This document shows, piece after piece, positions 51,346-64,000 of a stretch of DNA of 64,000 nt. This DNA comes from Hemiscyllium ocellatum (Eukaryota). Location: assembly GCF_020745735.1 (NCBI RefSeq), contig NC_083442.1:33886072-33950071 (forward strand). Direction: 5' to 3'. Position numbers and translations under genes: made by a program. Numbering within the stretch: position 1 is the stretch's first letter; every line of letters starts with the position of its first letter. The notes beneath the pieces were generated by a model that saw only the letters and a list, made by a program, of their open reading frames with translations, searched no databases and was not told the DNA's origin.

Positions 51346-53514
51346 TTCTTTGTAATTTTCAGATTTATATTTAAGACTTCTCATCAGAAAACTCTAATCC
51401 TATTAAACTTTTATTACTTTGATAACTTGTGATGAGTTTTTATTAAGATTTACTGCACACTGCCTTCCCTTTATAATTACTTTTAATTTTTTTTCAACTA
51501 AACTGTTTCACCTCTCACTTGTTGATATTAAAATATCATCTGCTACTATTTTATCCATCTTTTATCTAATTTGTCCTCTTGTAGTTCAGTTTGGGTCCTT
51601 GGGGTATTTAGTCTGCCTCCTATTATAACACTGTATGAATTTGGATGTCATTCCTTCCTATTTTCACTCAACTATTGTTTGAACTGAAGTAGTGATTGTC
51701 TATTTTCATCATACCTGTGTAGGAATTATTATTTAAGATATCATGTCCGTGTTCTTTTCGCAGAATGGGGGAGAGAACTTTAAAAGTAATGAGCTTTTAA
51801 ACAAGTGTAGAAAAGGATAAGAGAGAGAGGAAGAAAGGAAATGATGTGAGAAGTCCTTGATTGCTTAAAATATTTAACTGTAATGAGCATGATCACCTTG
51901 TGTGACAGTAGTAGTCCCTCCAATTGAAAACTACACACCTTATAGTTCTGTTCCATTGTTAGATGAAATATGATGTAAATTTTTTTGTGCTGTATTATGG
52001 GTAAGTCTTGCTGCTTCAGATTATTTAGAGGCGATTTGTAGTGTAGTTTTCTTAAACTGGGAATTTTTTGACACTCAAAGTGGGTGTAGTTGGATATCCA
52101 TGAATTCAAAACAACTGAATTGCTGCAAAATATTTTATTGAAAAGTATATTTAACTTGCTGCAGCTTGGGAATGAATGTTATAATCCAGTAATTTTATAG
52201 TGGAGGAAGGACGTGTGTTTTAAAAGGTTTGGGAGATATTCATTGGACAACTTATTTATGCATAAGTATTGCTGTCTCATAAAAATTATTATTCCTGCAA
52301 TTAGCAAAAGAATAAATTCAACTGTTCTTCGTTGCCCCCTCATCATTCCTGTTTCATTTTCTAAGTTACAGCAGTTGATGTTAAACTTAAAACGTTAGTA
52401 ACATTGAATTTTACTATTCTATTGAAAACATCATCTGATCAAACTATTTCCAAATATTTCAGGGTAGTTTGATCAGGAGTAGTATATCAAGTTCACCTTC
52501 AAGTGTAAGTGTATAGAGAGAAATATTTAATTTCAAATTAGCTTCAAGCAGAAGAAAAAATAACATAGAAAATTGAATAAAAAGAAAGTGAAAACATTAA
52601 AATGTGAAAATATGCAGTGAATGATTAATCCCAAAGGAATTTGCTTTTTAAACCTAAGGACATTGTGTATAACCTGAAATATATTTTTAACCCATGGTAT
52701 ACAACGGTAAATCTCTGTAGACTGTCCTTATTTGTAGTTTGTAATGCTGAGTAATTCGAACCTGCGTGTATTGACCAGTCACTTTATAAGAACAGACTTA
52801 GGGTGCAGAAAAGGCATGTTCAGCTGGCTCCACTCTTCAAGTTGCTTACTAATTGTTTTTAAAATGAACTTCCAGTTCCTTAGCCCCCTCTCAACTGTTC
52901 ATATTTTAATAATTTCGATATCTTGAGCTGTGATATTTTCAAGCTTCAATAATGTGGGTACAAAATGGGTAGGGTTTAATTTCGTCTGGGATCTTCCAAT
53001 TCCAATGCAAGATTGCAGGCAGCCTTTAAAGGATGACATATTTCAAACAGTCCCATTCAGAGTATGTCGGGTGTGAAGCAAACGCTAATAAGTCAGAAGG
53101 AATACATAAAGAAAGCAGTGTTTTGGAAAGCAGTGCAACTGTAGCAGATTGCCACAGTGGAGATTCTGTATCAGTTTCTCAGCTGATAATTTAATGTAAT
53201 TGAAGCTGGTTCCTTTCAAGGATATTTTTATCAGTTGAAACTAACCTCTTGGCAACTTATTCTTTTGTTTGTGGTGAAAGCAGCATTTAGAGTTCTTTTT
53301 GAAGGCTACTTAGATTTGAGAGATCTAATGACTTCAAGACTGCACATTTGAGCTTAAATATAATGTCCCATTACATCTCACTAAGACTTTTATGACTTTT
53401 ACAACAATAACAACGTGAATTTGTCTGGCACATTTTATTTATGTTATAAGGTTGTTAAGTGCTTCACAGGAGCAAATTATCAAGCCACAGAAGGAGCTAT
53501 AAGGACAGATAACA

Positions 53515-53853
53515 GGGCAGCATTGTGGCTCAGTGGTGAGCACTGGTGCCTCACAGCACCATGGACACAGGTTCGCTTCAAGGCTTGAGTGGCTGTCTGT
53601 GTGGAGTTTGCTCATTCTTGCCCGTGTGTATGTGGGTTTTCTCTGGTTTCCTCCCACTGCCCAAAGTTGAGCAGGTTAGGTTGATTGGCCATGCCAATTG
53701 CCCATGGTGCATGTTAGATGGATTAGCCATTGAAAATACAAGGTTAGGGATAAGAGTAGTGGAGTGGTTCTGGTGGGAAGCTCTTCAGAGGGTCGGTTTG
53801 GACTCAGTGGGCCAAATGGCCTGCTGCCGCATTGTAAGGATTCTATGATTCTA
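53515..53853 (+). mobile_element. Older HE1-like SINE
   Basis: Diverged A/B boxes, central domain, GATTCTAT tail repeat. Confidence 0.78.
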
Positions 53854-54214
53854 TTACAAAAAAACTTGCATCACAAGACTTTAAGGGATGATTTAAAGAG
53901 GAAAAGATAATGTTTATGGATGTGGAACCAGAACTAATGTTTGGGGAGCAGAAAAATTGCTGATGGACTGATTAAGATCAGGGATGGATTAATGGTCAGA
54001 ATTGGAGGAATACAAATATCTTATGAGGGGTGTAAGGTTGGTGAAGCCCTGGATGGGAGAATTGAGATGATGTACAGATTTGAAACTCAAAACGAGAATT
54101 TTGAAGTTGACATATTGGCCTATTTTAGAAAATAATTTCATTTTACCACTGTCCCCTCCCCATGATGTTGTGTTGACTCCTATTTTAGTAATGGTTCCAT
54201 GGTTGGCAGTAATT

Positions 54215-55178
54215 CCATAAGATACAGGAGCTGAAATTGGACCATTCAGCCCATTGACTTTGATCCTCTATTAAGTCATGGCTGATAAGTTTCTCAACCC
54301 CCATTTTCCACTTTCTCCCTGTAACTCTTGATTCCCATGACAATTGAGAACCTACTATCTCCGTCTTGAGTATACTCAATGATCTGGTCTGCACAGCTTT
54401 CTGTGGCAATGAATTTCATAGATTCACCACTATCTAGCTGAAGACGTTTCTCCTGATCTCCATTCTAAAGGGTCTTCCCTTTACACTAAGGCTGTGCCCT
54501 CAGGTCCGAGTCTCTCCTATCAATGGATGCATTCCGAACGTTCACTTTGTCCAGGCCGTTCAATATTCTGTACGTTTCAATTAGATCCCCCTCATCCTTC
54601 TAAACTCCGTCGAGTATAGACCCAGAGTTCTCAAATGTTCCTCTTACGTTAAGCTTTTCATTCCTGGGACTATTCTTATGAACCTGTTCTGAACACACTG
54701 CAGGGCCAGTACATTCTTCCTGAGATATGGTGCCCAAAACTGCACATAAAACTCTCAATGTGGCCTGACCAGAGACCTACAGAGCCTCAGAAGTGTATCC
54801 TTACAAAATATTCAAGTTCTCTCAAAATAAATGCCAACATTGCATTTGCCTTCTGACTCAACCTGTAAGTTTACCTTGAGAGAATCCTGGACTAGCACTC
54901 CCAAGTCTCTTTGCACTTCAGACTTCTGAATTTTCTTCCCATTTAGAAAATAGACTGTTCTTCTTACAAAAGTGTGAGACCTCACACTTTCCCATATTGT
55001 ATTCCGTCTGTCAATTCTTTGCTCACACTTCTAACTTTTTGCAGCCTTCCGCTGCCTCAATATACCTGTCCCTCTATTTACCTTTGAATCGTCTGCAAAC
55101 TTAGCCAGAATGCCCTCAGATCCTTCATTTAGATCATTAATGTATAAAATGAAAATTTGTGGTACCAAAGCTGACCCA
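54215..55178 (-). mobile_element. CR1 3' fragment
   Basis: Reverse-strand SKFADD through the 3' UTR; similar to 41925-42480. Confidence 0.82.
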
Positions 55179-55344
55179 ATGGCTATTCTTTAATGTGTGA
55201 GATTTGATAGTTTTCTGTTTAATTTCACTGACATCACAGTCACCAAACTCTTACTACTTCATTCCTGCACCAGCTATCTCCCAACTCTGCTTTATGGTTT
55301 GCCATGCCTGAAATAGTGCAATAGCTTCAGTCTGATTTGGGGAA

Positions 55345-55994
55345 AGCCAACGAAATGAGGACATGCCACAACCCAAAGGACTGGCCACACTCCCATACAT
55401 CAGGAGCATTTCTGAACTGACAGCCAGACTGCTGCGACCACTAGGACTCATAACAGCACACAAACCAACAGCCACTCTCAGACAACAACTCACCAGGACA
55501 AAGGACCCGATACCCAGCATGAGCAAAACCAACGTAGTGTACAAAATCCCATGCAAGGACTGCACAAAACACTACATAGGACAAACAGGAAGACAGCTAA
55601 CAACCCGCATCCATGAACACCAACTAGCTACGAAACGACACGACCAGCTATCCTCAGTAGCCATACACTCAGATGACAAACAACATGAATTCGATTGGGA
55701 CAACACCACTATTATAGGCCAAGCCAAACAGAGAACAGCCAGGGAATTCCTAGAGGCATGGCACTCATCCACAAATTCTATCAACAGACACATCGACCTA
55801 GACCCTACATACCGGCCACTGCAGCGGACAGCAACTGACAACCGGAAGCGGCAGATTCAAACCACTATAAATGCCGGAGGAATCAGCACAGAAGCGCTTC
55901 ACAGGAGGCTCCCAAGCACTGAGGATGTCACCTAGAAAGAGGACGAAATGTTTGCAACAAAAACACTCAGCTCGGCGAACAGAACCACAACAAC
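55345..55994 (+). mobile_element. Penelope-like (Poseidon-type) 3' fragment with GIY-YIG domain and degenerate hammerhead (55919-55952)
   Basis: 190-aa ORF LPYIRSISE...NVVYKIPCKDCTKHYIGQTGRQLTTRIHEH; same family as the 27.5-kb copy. Confidence 0.92.
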
Positions 55995-58900
55995 TTAATC
56001 ACTTGTGTTTTTATTTTATAACCTAGCAATCTTTGCTATGCCATACAATACTCTAACATTATTAAGGTCTGTGTTATGTGTCAAGAGTGTCTTCACTAAT
56101 CTCAGAATTTGTATTTGGGCCATTTGCTGATCTTTCTATTTCAAGATTACATGTTGCTCAATTTCTGCTTTCAATTTTGAATGAATTTTGTTCGCCAGAT
56201 TTTAGATATGATTGATAGGTGGGAAAGTTAGAGCATCCATTTTGAGGAAAGAAAATCTGGCATAGTCCTGCTCATAGTGTTGAATTTGTCCTTTGGTGAC
56301 ATGGTTTACAGTTCAAACTCTGCAGTATTCTGGTAGAAAGAGAGTGATGTGTTTTACTGAGCAGCCAGCAAGGGGAGGGGAATATTGCATCAAAAACGCC
56401 CTTGTTCATGAAAACCGTATACTGCTTTGAAACTACTGTACGATCAATTGATCTATCTCACTCGTGAAGAAGACCTTTGTGACTTATATGAACTAAGATC
56501 TTTCTTACTGATACATGTATCAACCACGTGCAGCTTTCTTTGCTGAATTTATCTTTATATGTGCAACATGAATAAGAAAGAGTGAAATTTTGTCCAGCTT
56601 TGTTACAGTGCGTGCATCATAAGTTGGACCTAGCTATAAAAGGGTTTATTGCTCTCTGTTGATAACAGTGAAGAGCCTGACCGGTATGTCCTCTCTTGGG
56701 TAGATTTTTTGACTGTTGATTTTGCTAATGTGCCTGACTAATCCTGTTGTCTTTGCTTGATTGCACTTCAATATGTAATTATATCCAGTGTTATTTATCT
56801 AAACTTTGCTGACTGCACTCTAGAAATAGAGCTGAGACCAAGGAGGAAATGATGATTGATGTGAGTTGCTTGACCATAACAGTAGGATTTGTGAAACATG
56901 ACAAATAGTATGTGGGTAAAGTATTGGACAGTATACTCATGCCACATGCTAAAGAGCATCTTTCACCAAGGTCTAATGCTGATCCCTCTCTGGCCTGCAT
57001 GTAGTTTAGTGGTTTTTCTTTCAAAGAAGAGTAAGGACATGAAAGTTTAATGAGCATAATTTAAACTAGAAGATTTATAATGGACAGTGCCTGAATTGTG
57101 ACCCATGTTGATTGGCACAAGATTTGCCTATTCATTGATGACTGGACATAGAATGACAACTCTATATAGTCCATATATCCCACTTATTCTCTCTTATTTG
57201 AATTGATTGAAAGTGGTTTTGGGCATAACCTATGCACTGAAAGAAAGCAAAGATAGAGGTTCCAGCAGCCTTGGGCGAATATATGCACCCTTTACAGACA
57301 GATATAGTGATTTGTTTCCTGAAATGTCATGGACCTGAAAGATGAAGTCTGTTTCTATCTCCATAGCTCCTACCTCACCTAAGTATTTCTGTTTTTTTTT
57401 CTTTTGTTATTTCAGATATCCAGCATTTGCTTTCGTGTTAGTGCTCTGTAACAGAATAGTTTATCTTCTATCATTTAAAATACTTTTGAGTTGATTATAA
57501 GCATGTGTAATTTCACAAATGTGTAATGTCCACTATAAATATGTCTAATTTCACAACCCTAAATGAGTGTGATTTGGAGGCTGGCATTGTAACTTTTATC
57601 AGTTGATGCCATGTTGCTCAGTAGAATTACTGGTGTGAAACACAGATTGATAGAATTCTTCCTATGGGTGAAGTATATAATTGAAATTTGTTAGATTTTC
57701 AAGAAGTTGACAAATCTGCCAAATGATTCTTTACAATTTTTGAGGTTTTTAAAATTTGTTCAATAGGATGTGGCTGTATGTAGGCCAGACTTTGAATAGA
57801 TTTACATCCCTAAAGCTCATGAGTGAACCAGATGTATTTTTTGACAATTAGCAAGGGTTGCAATTAGGCTAGGCTTTAATTCCAGGTTTCACTGAATTTA
57901 AATTTCTTCATCTATCATGGTAGGATCCAAACCCATGTCCCTACAACATTAGCCTGGTTTCTGGATTCCAGCAACACATTTTTCGGCTCTGATCTCCAGC
58001 ATCTGCAGTCCTTACTTTCTCCTTCTGGATGATTAGTCCAGTGACATTACCACTCTGCACTGCCTCCCCAATTTAAGACCATACTCTGATTTTGAATGCG
58101 TAATGTGGGCTGTCATTCCAGTACTACACTATCAGATGTGCTACGTTGCAAATAAAAATGTTCAAAACTCCATCTACCCTTTTAAACTAATGCTGGTCAA
58201 AGAAGAAGGGAGTTCACCAGGCCAATAACTATCCCTTAGCCAACATTATTTTTAACATAAAATTTATCTGGTCATTTGGTTGTTAAAAGGATGTAAGACA
58301 GAGGCAGAGAAGCTTTAAGTTGATAGCTAGAATGAGCCAGTTGTTTTGAGGAAAGTTCAGATAGAATAGGCTTTTTATTTTACAAATTTAGAAGAGTGAA
58401 AAGATAATTTGATGAAAAATATTTTTTTGATATGTATGCACTGCAGCAAAAATCATTAAAATGAGCAAGTTTCAATGTATAATACAATTTAAAATGTAAG
58501 TTTTAATTCATCATTACATTAGATATGTCATAACATGCCTGAGTAGGTTGATTTAAAAACTATTGAAACTTGGGTTTTGTCGAGAGAGGCATTCTTGTTT
58601 TCATTTGGTGTTTTCACATTTCAATGTAGTAAAGAAAGAAGATTCAAACAGCCTTTCCCACAATATTGTTTTGTCTGCAAATAGTGTTAAGTAACTAAAG
58701 TTACAGTAATTTTTGTAGGCTGCCATGATGGTATTTTGTATTGGCAAAGTGTGTGCCAAATGATACCCGACAGATGCATATCAGCAATGTGACTATGAAA
58801 TAAATGTTTGGTTCAAAAATGACTTTCCTGAGATCTTTACTTTTACTTAATTTGTAGCATTACAATTTACTGTGAAAATTATCTCTGACATGTTTAACAT

Positions 58901-59639
58901 AATTTATCTATTGTTTTGATTTTTTTTAAAGTTGCTATCTTTCCTTGAAAGTGTGAATATTTGCTGAGGTGTGATTCTGGGATATGGTGCTGCCCAGTTG
59001 CCTTTAGTAACATATTGTTGACTAGTTAATTGTCATGTTTGTCATCATCCAGTGTAGATGTCAACCCAGGTTTAGTCCAGAATTTCAAACAACTAGTGAT
59101 CAGGAACATAAAACATGTCTGATTGATATCTGCCTTCCCTGCTCCTGTCACCCAACCAGCTAGCCTAGGATGCTAATTTTAGTTTAGTAATTCAGCTCCT
59201 TCAAAATCATAAGCACAGACTTGAAATTGAACTTTTGGCTGTGTTTGAACAGTGTGAACATTGTGATGGGCTTTCATATCTATATGTGATTTTATAAGAG
59301 GATAGGATATCATGGTGCAGAATATAATTAGAGCAATGGTCTGCATTGAGTGAAAGTGCCTGCAGTTCAGTTTAACTGTGGATTAACTTTTGGTTGTCTT
59401 ATTAGTACATAATTAGAATTAAGGTTGTGTTACATTACATTGCTTGATAATCCCTGTTTTATTTAAGAGTTCAAATAAAATAGTTAAGCTAGAAAGGCAA
59501 CTGTTTGCAGAATGTTTGATCATGCTTTAGTTGTATAAGTTGTGATGATCTGACAGCCAATCACTAAGCACTGAAATTTCAGAAGAATTGTTTAGGTCAC
59601 CTTGAGAGTATTAGAATCGCCATCTAATTCTGTTTGCAT

Positions 59640-61430
59640 ACTATGAGAGAGAATTCTGTAACCATTGTCTTCCTTATCAATCAAAAAATCTGTCCAATTC
59701 AGCCTTGAGCATATTCTGTGACCCAGTCTCCACTGTTCCCTGTAGAACAGAATTCCAAAGATTAACAACCTTTTTGAAGAATAACTCCCTTTACTGTCCA
59801 TTTTAAGTAGAAGATCCATTATCTTTATACAGTAGATCTTCGTTGAAGATTCCCTATGATGTGGATCATCGTGTCAGCATCTCCTCTGTTAGGACCCTTC
59901 AGAACTTTGTATTTAGCTACGATTGCCTCTTATTCTTAAACCCCCAATGATTGTAAGCCCAAACTACTCAAGCTTTCCTCATCATAAACAGCTCATCACA
60001 CAAATCAACTTAATGAGGGTCCTCTAAACTGCTTCCAAGGGCGAGTATGTCTCTCTTTCAGCACATTAGTACAAAACTACACAGTACTTGTGTGTGGTGT
60101 GTACAATGTCCAATGCAGCTATAGCAAGACTTGCCTATTTTTGCATTCCGTGCACCTTGCAATAAATATCTGCATTGCATTAGCTGTCCTAATTACTTCC
60201 TGTATCACTGTGCTGCTTTCTTCTGATGCTTGTGCAAGGATGCTGGGGTCTCTCTTTGCAGCATTCTGTAATTTCTTTCCATTTAACTAATAATCTACAT
60301 TTCTGCTGTCTGCCAATGTGATCAACTTCACATTGCCCCAAATTATACACTCTGTCTTGTTATTGAACATACGTTTAACCTATTTGTATCTCTTGCAGAG
60401 TCTTTCTATCCTCCTTGTAACTTGTTCTTACTATCATCAGCAAATCTGTCAGTTCCCTTCATCTAGGATATCGTCAGAGATCACTAATATCATTGGCAGT
60501 TACTGTTGCCTTTGCTGAAAGTAATCCATTTATCTTGCTTCTATTTTCTGTTAGCCCCAGCCCTCTATTGGCTCTAATTTCTTAGCCCACATCTTGCATA
60601 GTAGCTTGATATTTGATACCTCATTGAATGCCATTCAGAAATCCGAATGCATAGCAAGTGTTAATTTCCCTTTAATCCACCTGGTTTGCTGCATTCACAA
60701 AGAACTGCAATAAATGTGTCAAGCATTTCACTTTTTTGCACAACCCATTTTGACTCTGCCTGAGTAGGATCAAATTAATGCAGATGCTGGAATCTGCATT
60801 GAAAACAGTAAATGCTGGAGATTACAGTGGGTCAGACAGCATCCAGTGAGAGAGAGCTCTGATGAAGTGTCATCTAGACTCGAAACATTAGCTTGCTTTC
60901 TCTCCATGGATGCTGTCTGACCCACTGTGATCTCCAGCATTTAACTCTGCCTGATATGATTTTTCAGACATCAGTTTGCTGCTTTCTCAGTCATGGATTT
61001 TGGCATGTACCCACTGACGTGTATTAGACTAACTGACCTACGGTTTCCTGCTTCTGGGACGGAAGTGTGAAATTTGACAGTTTTATAATCTGCTGAGATC
61101 TTTTCAGGAGGGAGGGAACTTTGGAAGATTACAATCAATGTATCCAGAGTCTTTGCAGCCACAACCTTTAAAACCCAAGGGGCTTTTCAGCCCTCTGTAA
61201 TATTCCCATTACTTTTTGCAAAAGATTGTTTTAAATTCCTCCCACCCTTTTGATTTTCTTCTATATTTTGGATGCTTTTGTGTGTTCCGCTGTGAAGACA
61301 GCTACAGAATACTTGTTCAGCACCTCTGCCATTTCCTTGTTGCACATGATTAATTTCCCAGTCTCATTCTCTCAAGGAACTAATGTTCACTTTAGCTGTT
61401 GTTTTACTTTTTAATGTATTGAAGAAACCT
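59640..61430 (-). mobile_element. Highly decayed CR1
   Basis: Scattered RT/3' motifs on the minus strand. Comparable old CR1 relics at ~6200-6580, 11060-11360, 14130-14600, 26360-26760, 30980-31430, 32170-32880. Confidence 0.65.
60764..60943. mobile_element. Fold-back PLE-terminus element with hammerhead-like core, 11-bp TSD, inserted in an old CR1
   Basis: TSD ACTCTGCCTGA at 60753-60763 and 60944-60954; inverted arms ~60808-60845 / 60907-60943; CTGATGA...GAAAC at 60859-60886. Confidence 0.8.
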
Positions 61431-64000
61431 TTAATATCTATTTTTATATTTCTTGCTGTTTAACCTATTTACCCAGTTTATTTTATCTTCCTTCTTATCC
61501 TTAATAGTTTTTATTTAAGTTAAAATTGCAAGTTCTGTGAATCCACATTTTTATTACTTGAACTGAATGTTAAATTCCATTGTGTTCTTTATTTAATCCT
61601 GTCTATTTGCATATTGATATATCTAAGTGGCTTAATTCCTGTTATGTTCCAGAATGTGGTGTTTTATGAAACTGTCCAGAATAAACTCTGAATTCATGCT
61701 CCAGGCCACCCTGCCATATTCTTTGTTCAATTTACATGAAAATTCAAGTTGCTAATGATTATTCTAGTACCTTCCTTATAAGCCCCTGTTATTTTTGATG
61801 AATATCTGCCCAACAGTGTCACTACTGTTAAGGGGCCTATAAACTGTTTCCACCATTGGCTGCTTTATTTTTTACCTCCACCCAAAATACAGATAATTTC
61901 TCACTGTGTGACACTGTGGTGTTTGAGAAGTGTTCTGTGCTGTTTTTATTGCAGAGGGTGTTGTCACAGTGGTACAAAAATGTCTCCTTCAGATAGGCAG
62001 TTATTGCACAGCTTTTAGGTTCTTGAGACTAAAGCATCATGAGTGGGCAGGCTCAGGGCTCTCAGGCCCAGCAACACAAGTCACTGACCAAGTCAGGATG
62101 GTGAGTTTTTGTTGTGAGAAGGTGTCTGCTGGTTGTTGGAGCTAAAAGGTTGAGTTCTCTGCTGCTTGGGTGAAGTCTTAAGACAACAAGGCTTCCTCTT
62201 AAAAATCAAAAGGGGCAGATTGTTTCTTTTTGGAATTTCTCTCTTCTGGGCTGAAGAGCAATAGCATGTGAAAATCATAACTATGTTGCAGAATTTGCCT
62301 TTACCAATGGTGTGGTTATGGGATACTGCCTGTATTAGAATGATTGAGGTTAGTGGTTCATAATATATTATTTTGATAAGTATTTCAGTAGTGTAAAGTT
62401 GTGCTGATTCTTTTGTTAACCGTGTTGTAAAAATAAAGTATGTTTTCACGAAAGCTTAGTGGTGGACCAATTGAATCAAATCTGGAATATAACACCTTAG
62501 ACTTAAAGGTTAGGGTTACGCCATCTCCATAATATACTTTAGGGGACTAGCCGGTTTGTAACAGTACTGATCTCATTCTTGATTAGCAGAGATGCTACAT
62601 CTTCTTTTCCTTATTTTCTTAGAACTTCTTTGACTATTGTCATCTTAAATTTTTTCAGTCTCCTGTTTGTGGTTTGCATTTTACTTAAAGCAGGACCTCT
62701 ATCTCAATATAATATTCTAACTATTATTGAGCCATCTTCCAAATGGATAGCCAAAACTGTCTTGAAGGACAAGGGCAGCAGATACATGGAAACACCATCA
62801 CCTACAAGTTTTCCTCCATGCGACTCACCATCCTGACTTGGTCAGTGGCTTGTGTTGCTGGGTCAAAATCCTGGAATTTCCTCCCTGACAACATTGTGAG
62901 ACTACCCACGCCAAATGAACTGCAGCAGCTCAAGAAGGCAACTCACCAACACCTTCAGGGCAACTAGGAATGGACAATAAATGCTGGCCAAGGCAGTGCT
63001 GCTTACTTCCCATGAATGAATTAAATAAAATTCCAGGATGATTTACTAACTGGTAATGGGGAAAAAGATAATTGATTTTTGTTTTCACATCATTCCTCGA
63101 CCAAGAGCACTTGGTTAACCTCTGTGTCACTGCTTGGATTAGTCTCCACCTCTGCTGCTGCCTGGTTTGCTGTGTTCTCCCAGCCTCCTCCTTGTCTACT
63201 TTGGATTGGATCCATTAACTGAACTAACTTTTGATTTGCAAAATTCAGTGCTTCACGGGGTAATGCCATTGGAAGCCACTAAATCCTGAGTTTTGGAAGT
63301 TAAAATCATAATAATCACCACTGTAGCTTCTACTGTATGTCACGACTGGGGAAATGTGTTTATGTTAATGTTGATATTTAGGATTCTGAACATAGCCAGT
63401 TTCAGAGAACTATAATGTTTTACCTCTTGCTGACCCAGGCTCTTCAACATTGGACCTGTTGTGTTAGGAAAATAGCCCTATAATACTGTCTGAAGGGAGA
63501 AGGCTGCGCATTGCAATATTTGTCTACTTTTGGCTTGTTTAAACTTAGAGATTGTTTAAAGTTGTAGAATTGGGACAAAAATCTCTTGTTTGTTTAGATT
63601 TGACCCAGTCTGCAATGAACTTGATTACATGACAGCTAATGTTCAAAGTTAGTGTTTGACTGTGCTGGCTTTTCAGAATGATTTAGTTCAATGAGGTAAA
63701 GGCTTTGTAATGACTCTGAGTGAGTTTCTGTCTGGACTTGCTGCTTGGTCTGTGTTGGGAGTGGAGTTTCTGTATGATGTCATTCTCCTCTGCAGATGTT
63801 GACACTTGTGTTTTGTGTGCTCTCTCCAGTAATAATATCTGGGTGGGTTTCTACAGTTTTTAAAAAAAATCTGGTTACAGGATATAGTTGAATCCTGATG
63901 AAGGTTGTTAATGTAGTTAAAGCATTGAATGAGACCTGGTGCAGCAGAGAGAATTAAATCTGATGTACTGTTTTGCTCGTTGTATGTGAGATCTATTTTC

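Noticed and set aside
24500-64000. MYO9A or other host coding exons
   Set aside because: No ORF resembles a myosin/RA domain or other cellular protein; the long ORFs derive from CR1 or PLE. Short exons cannot be excluded.

Overview
Repeat-rich vertebrate genomic DNA, almost certainly from an elasmobranch (shark): it carries HE1-type V-SINEs, CR1 LINEs, Deu-domain SINEs and Penelope-like elements (PLEs). The only intact host coding sequence is SENP8 (NEDP1/DEN1 deNEDDylase), a single 211-aa coding exon on the minus strand (15683-16318). Its probable non-coding exon 1 lies in a CpG island at about 23.3-24.2 kb. The island looks bidirectional (NRF1 palindrome, GC boxes, splice donors on both strands). 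By human synteny the plus-strand partner would be MYO9A, whose coding exons are not in the window, so 24-64 kb is probably its first intron (inference). Most notable unexplained structures: (1) a ~1.1-kb array of 32-34-bp units next to the promoter, each pairing a PBX/PREP-MEIS decamer (TGATTGACAG) with a GC box; (2) many minimal hammerhead ribozyme motifs in PLE termini, including small fold-back insertions with long target-site duplications (TSDs); (3) a locally duplicated ~110-bp rod-like hairpin, one copy of which is split by a PLE. Repeat boundaries were read by eye and are approximate.
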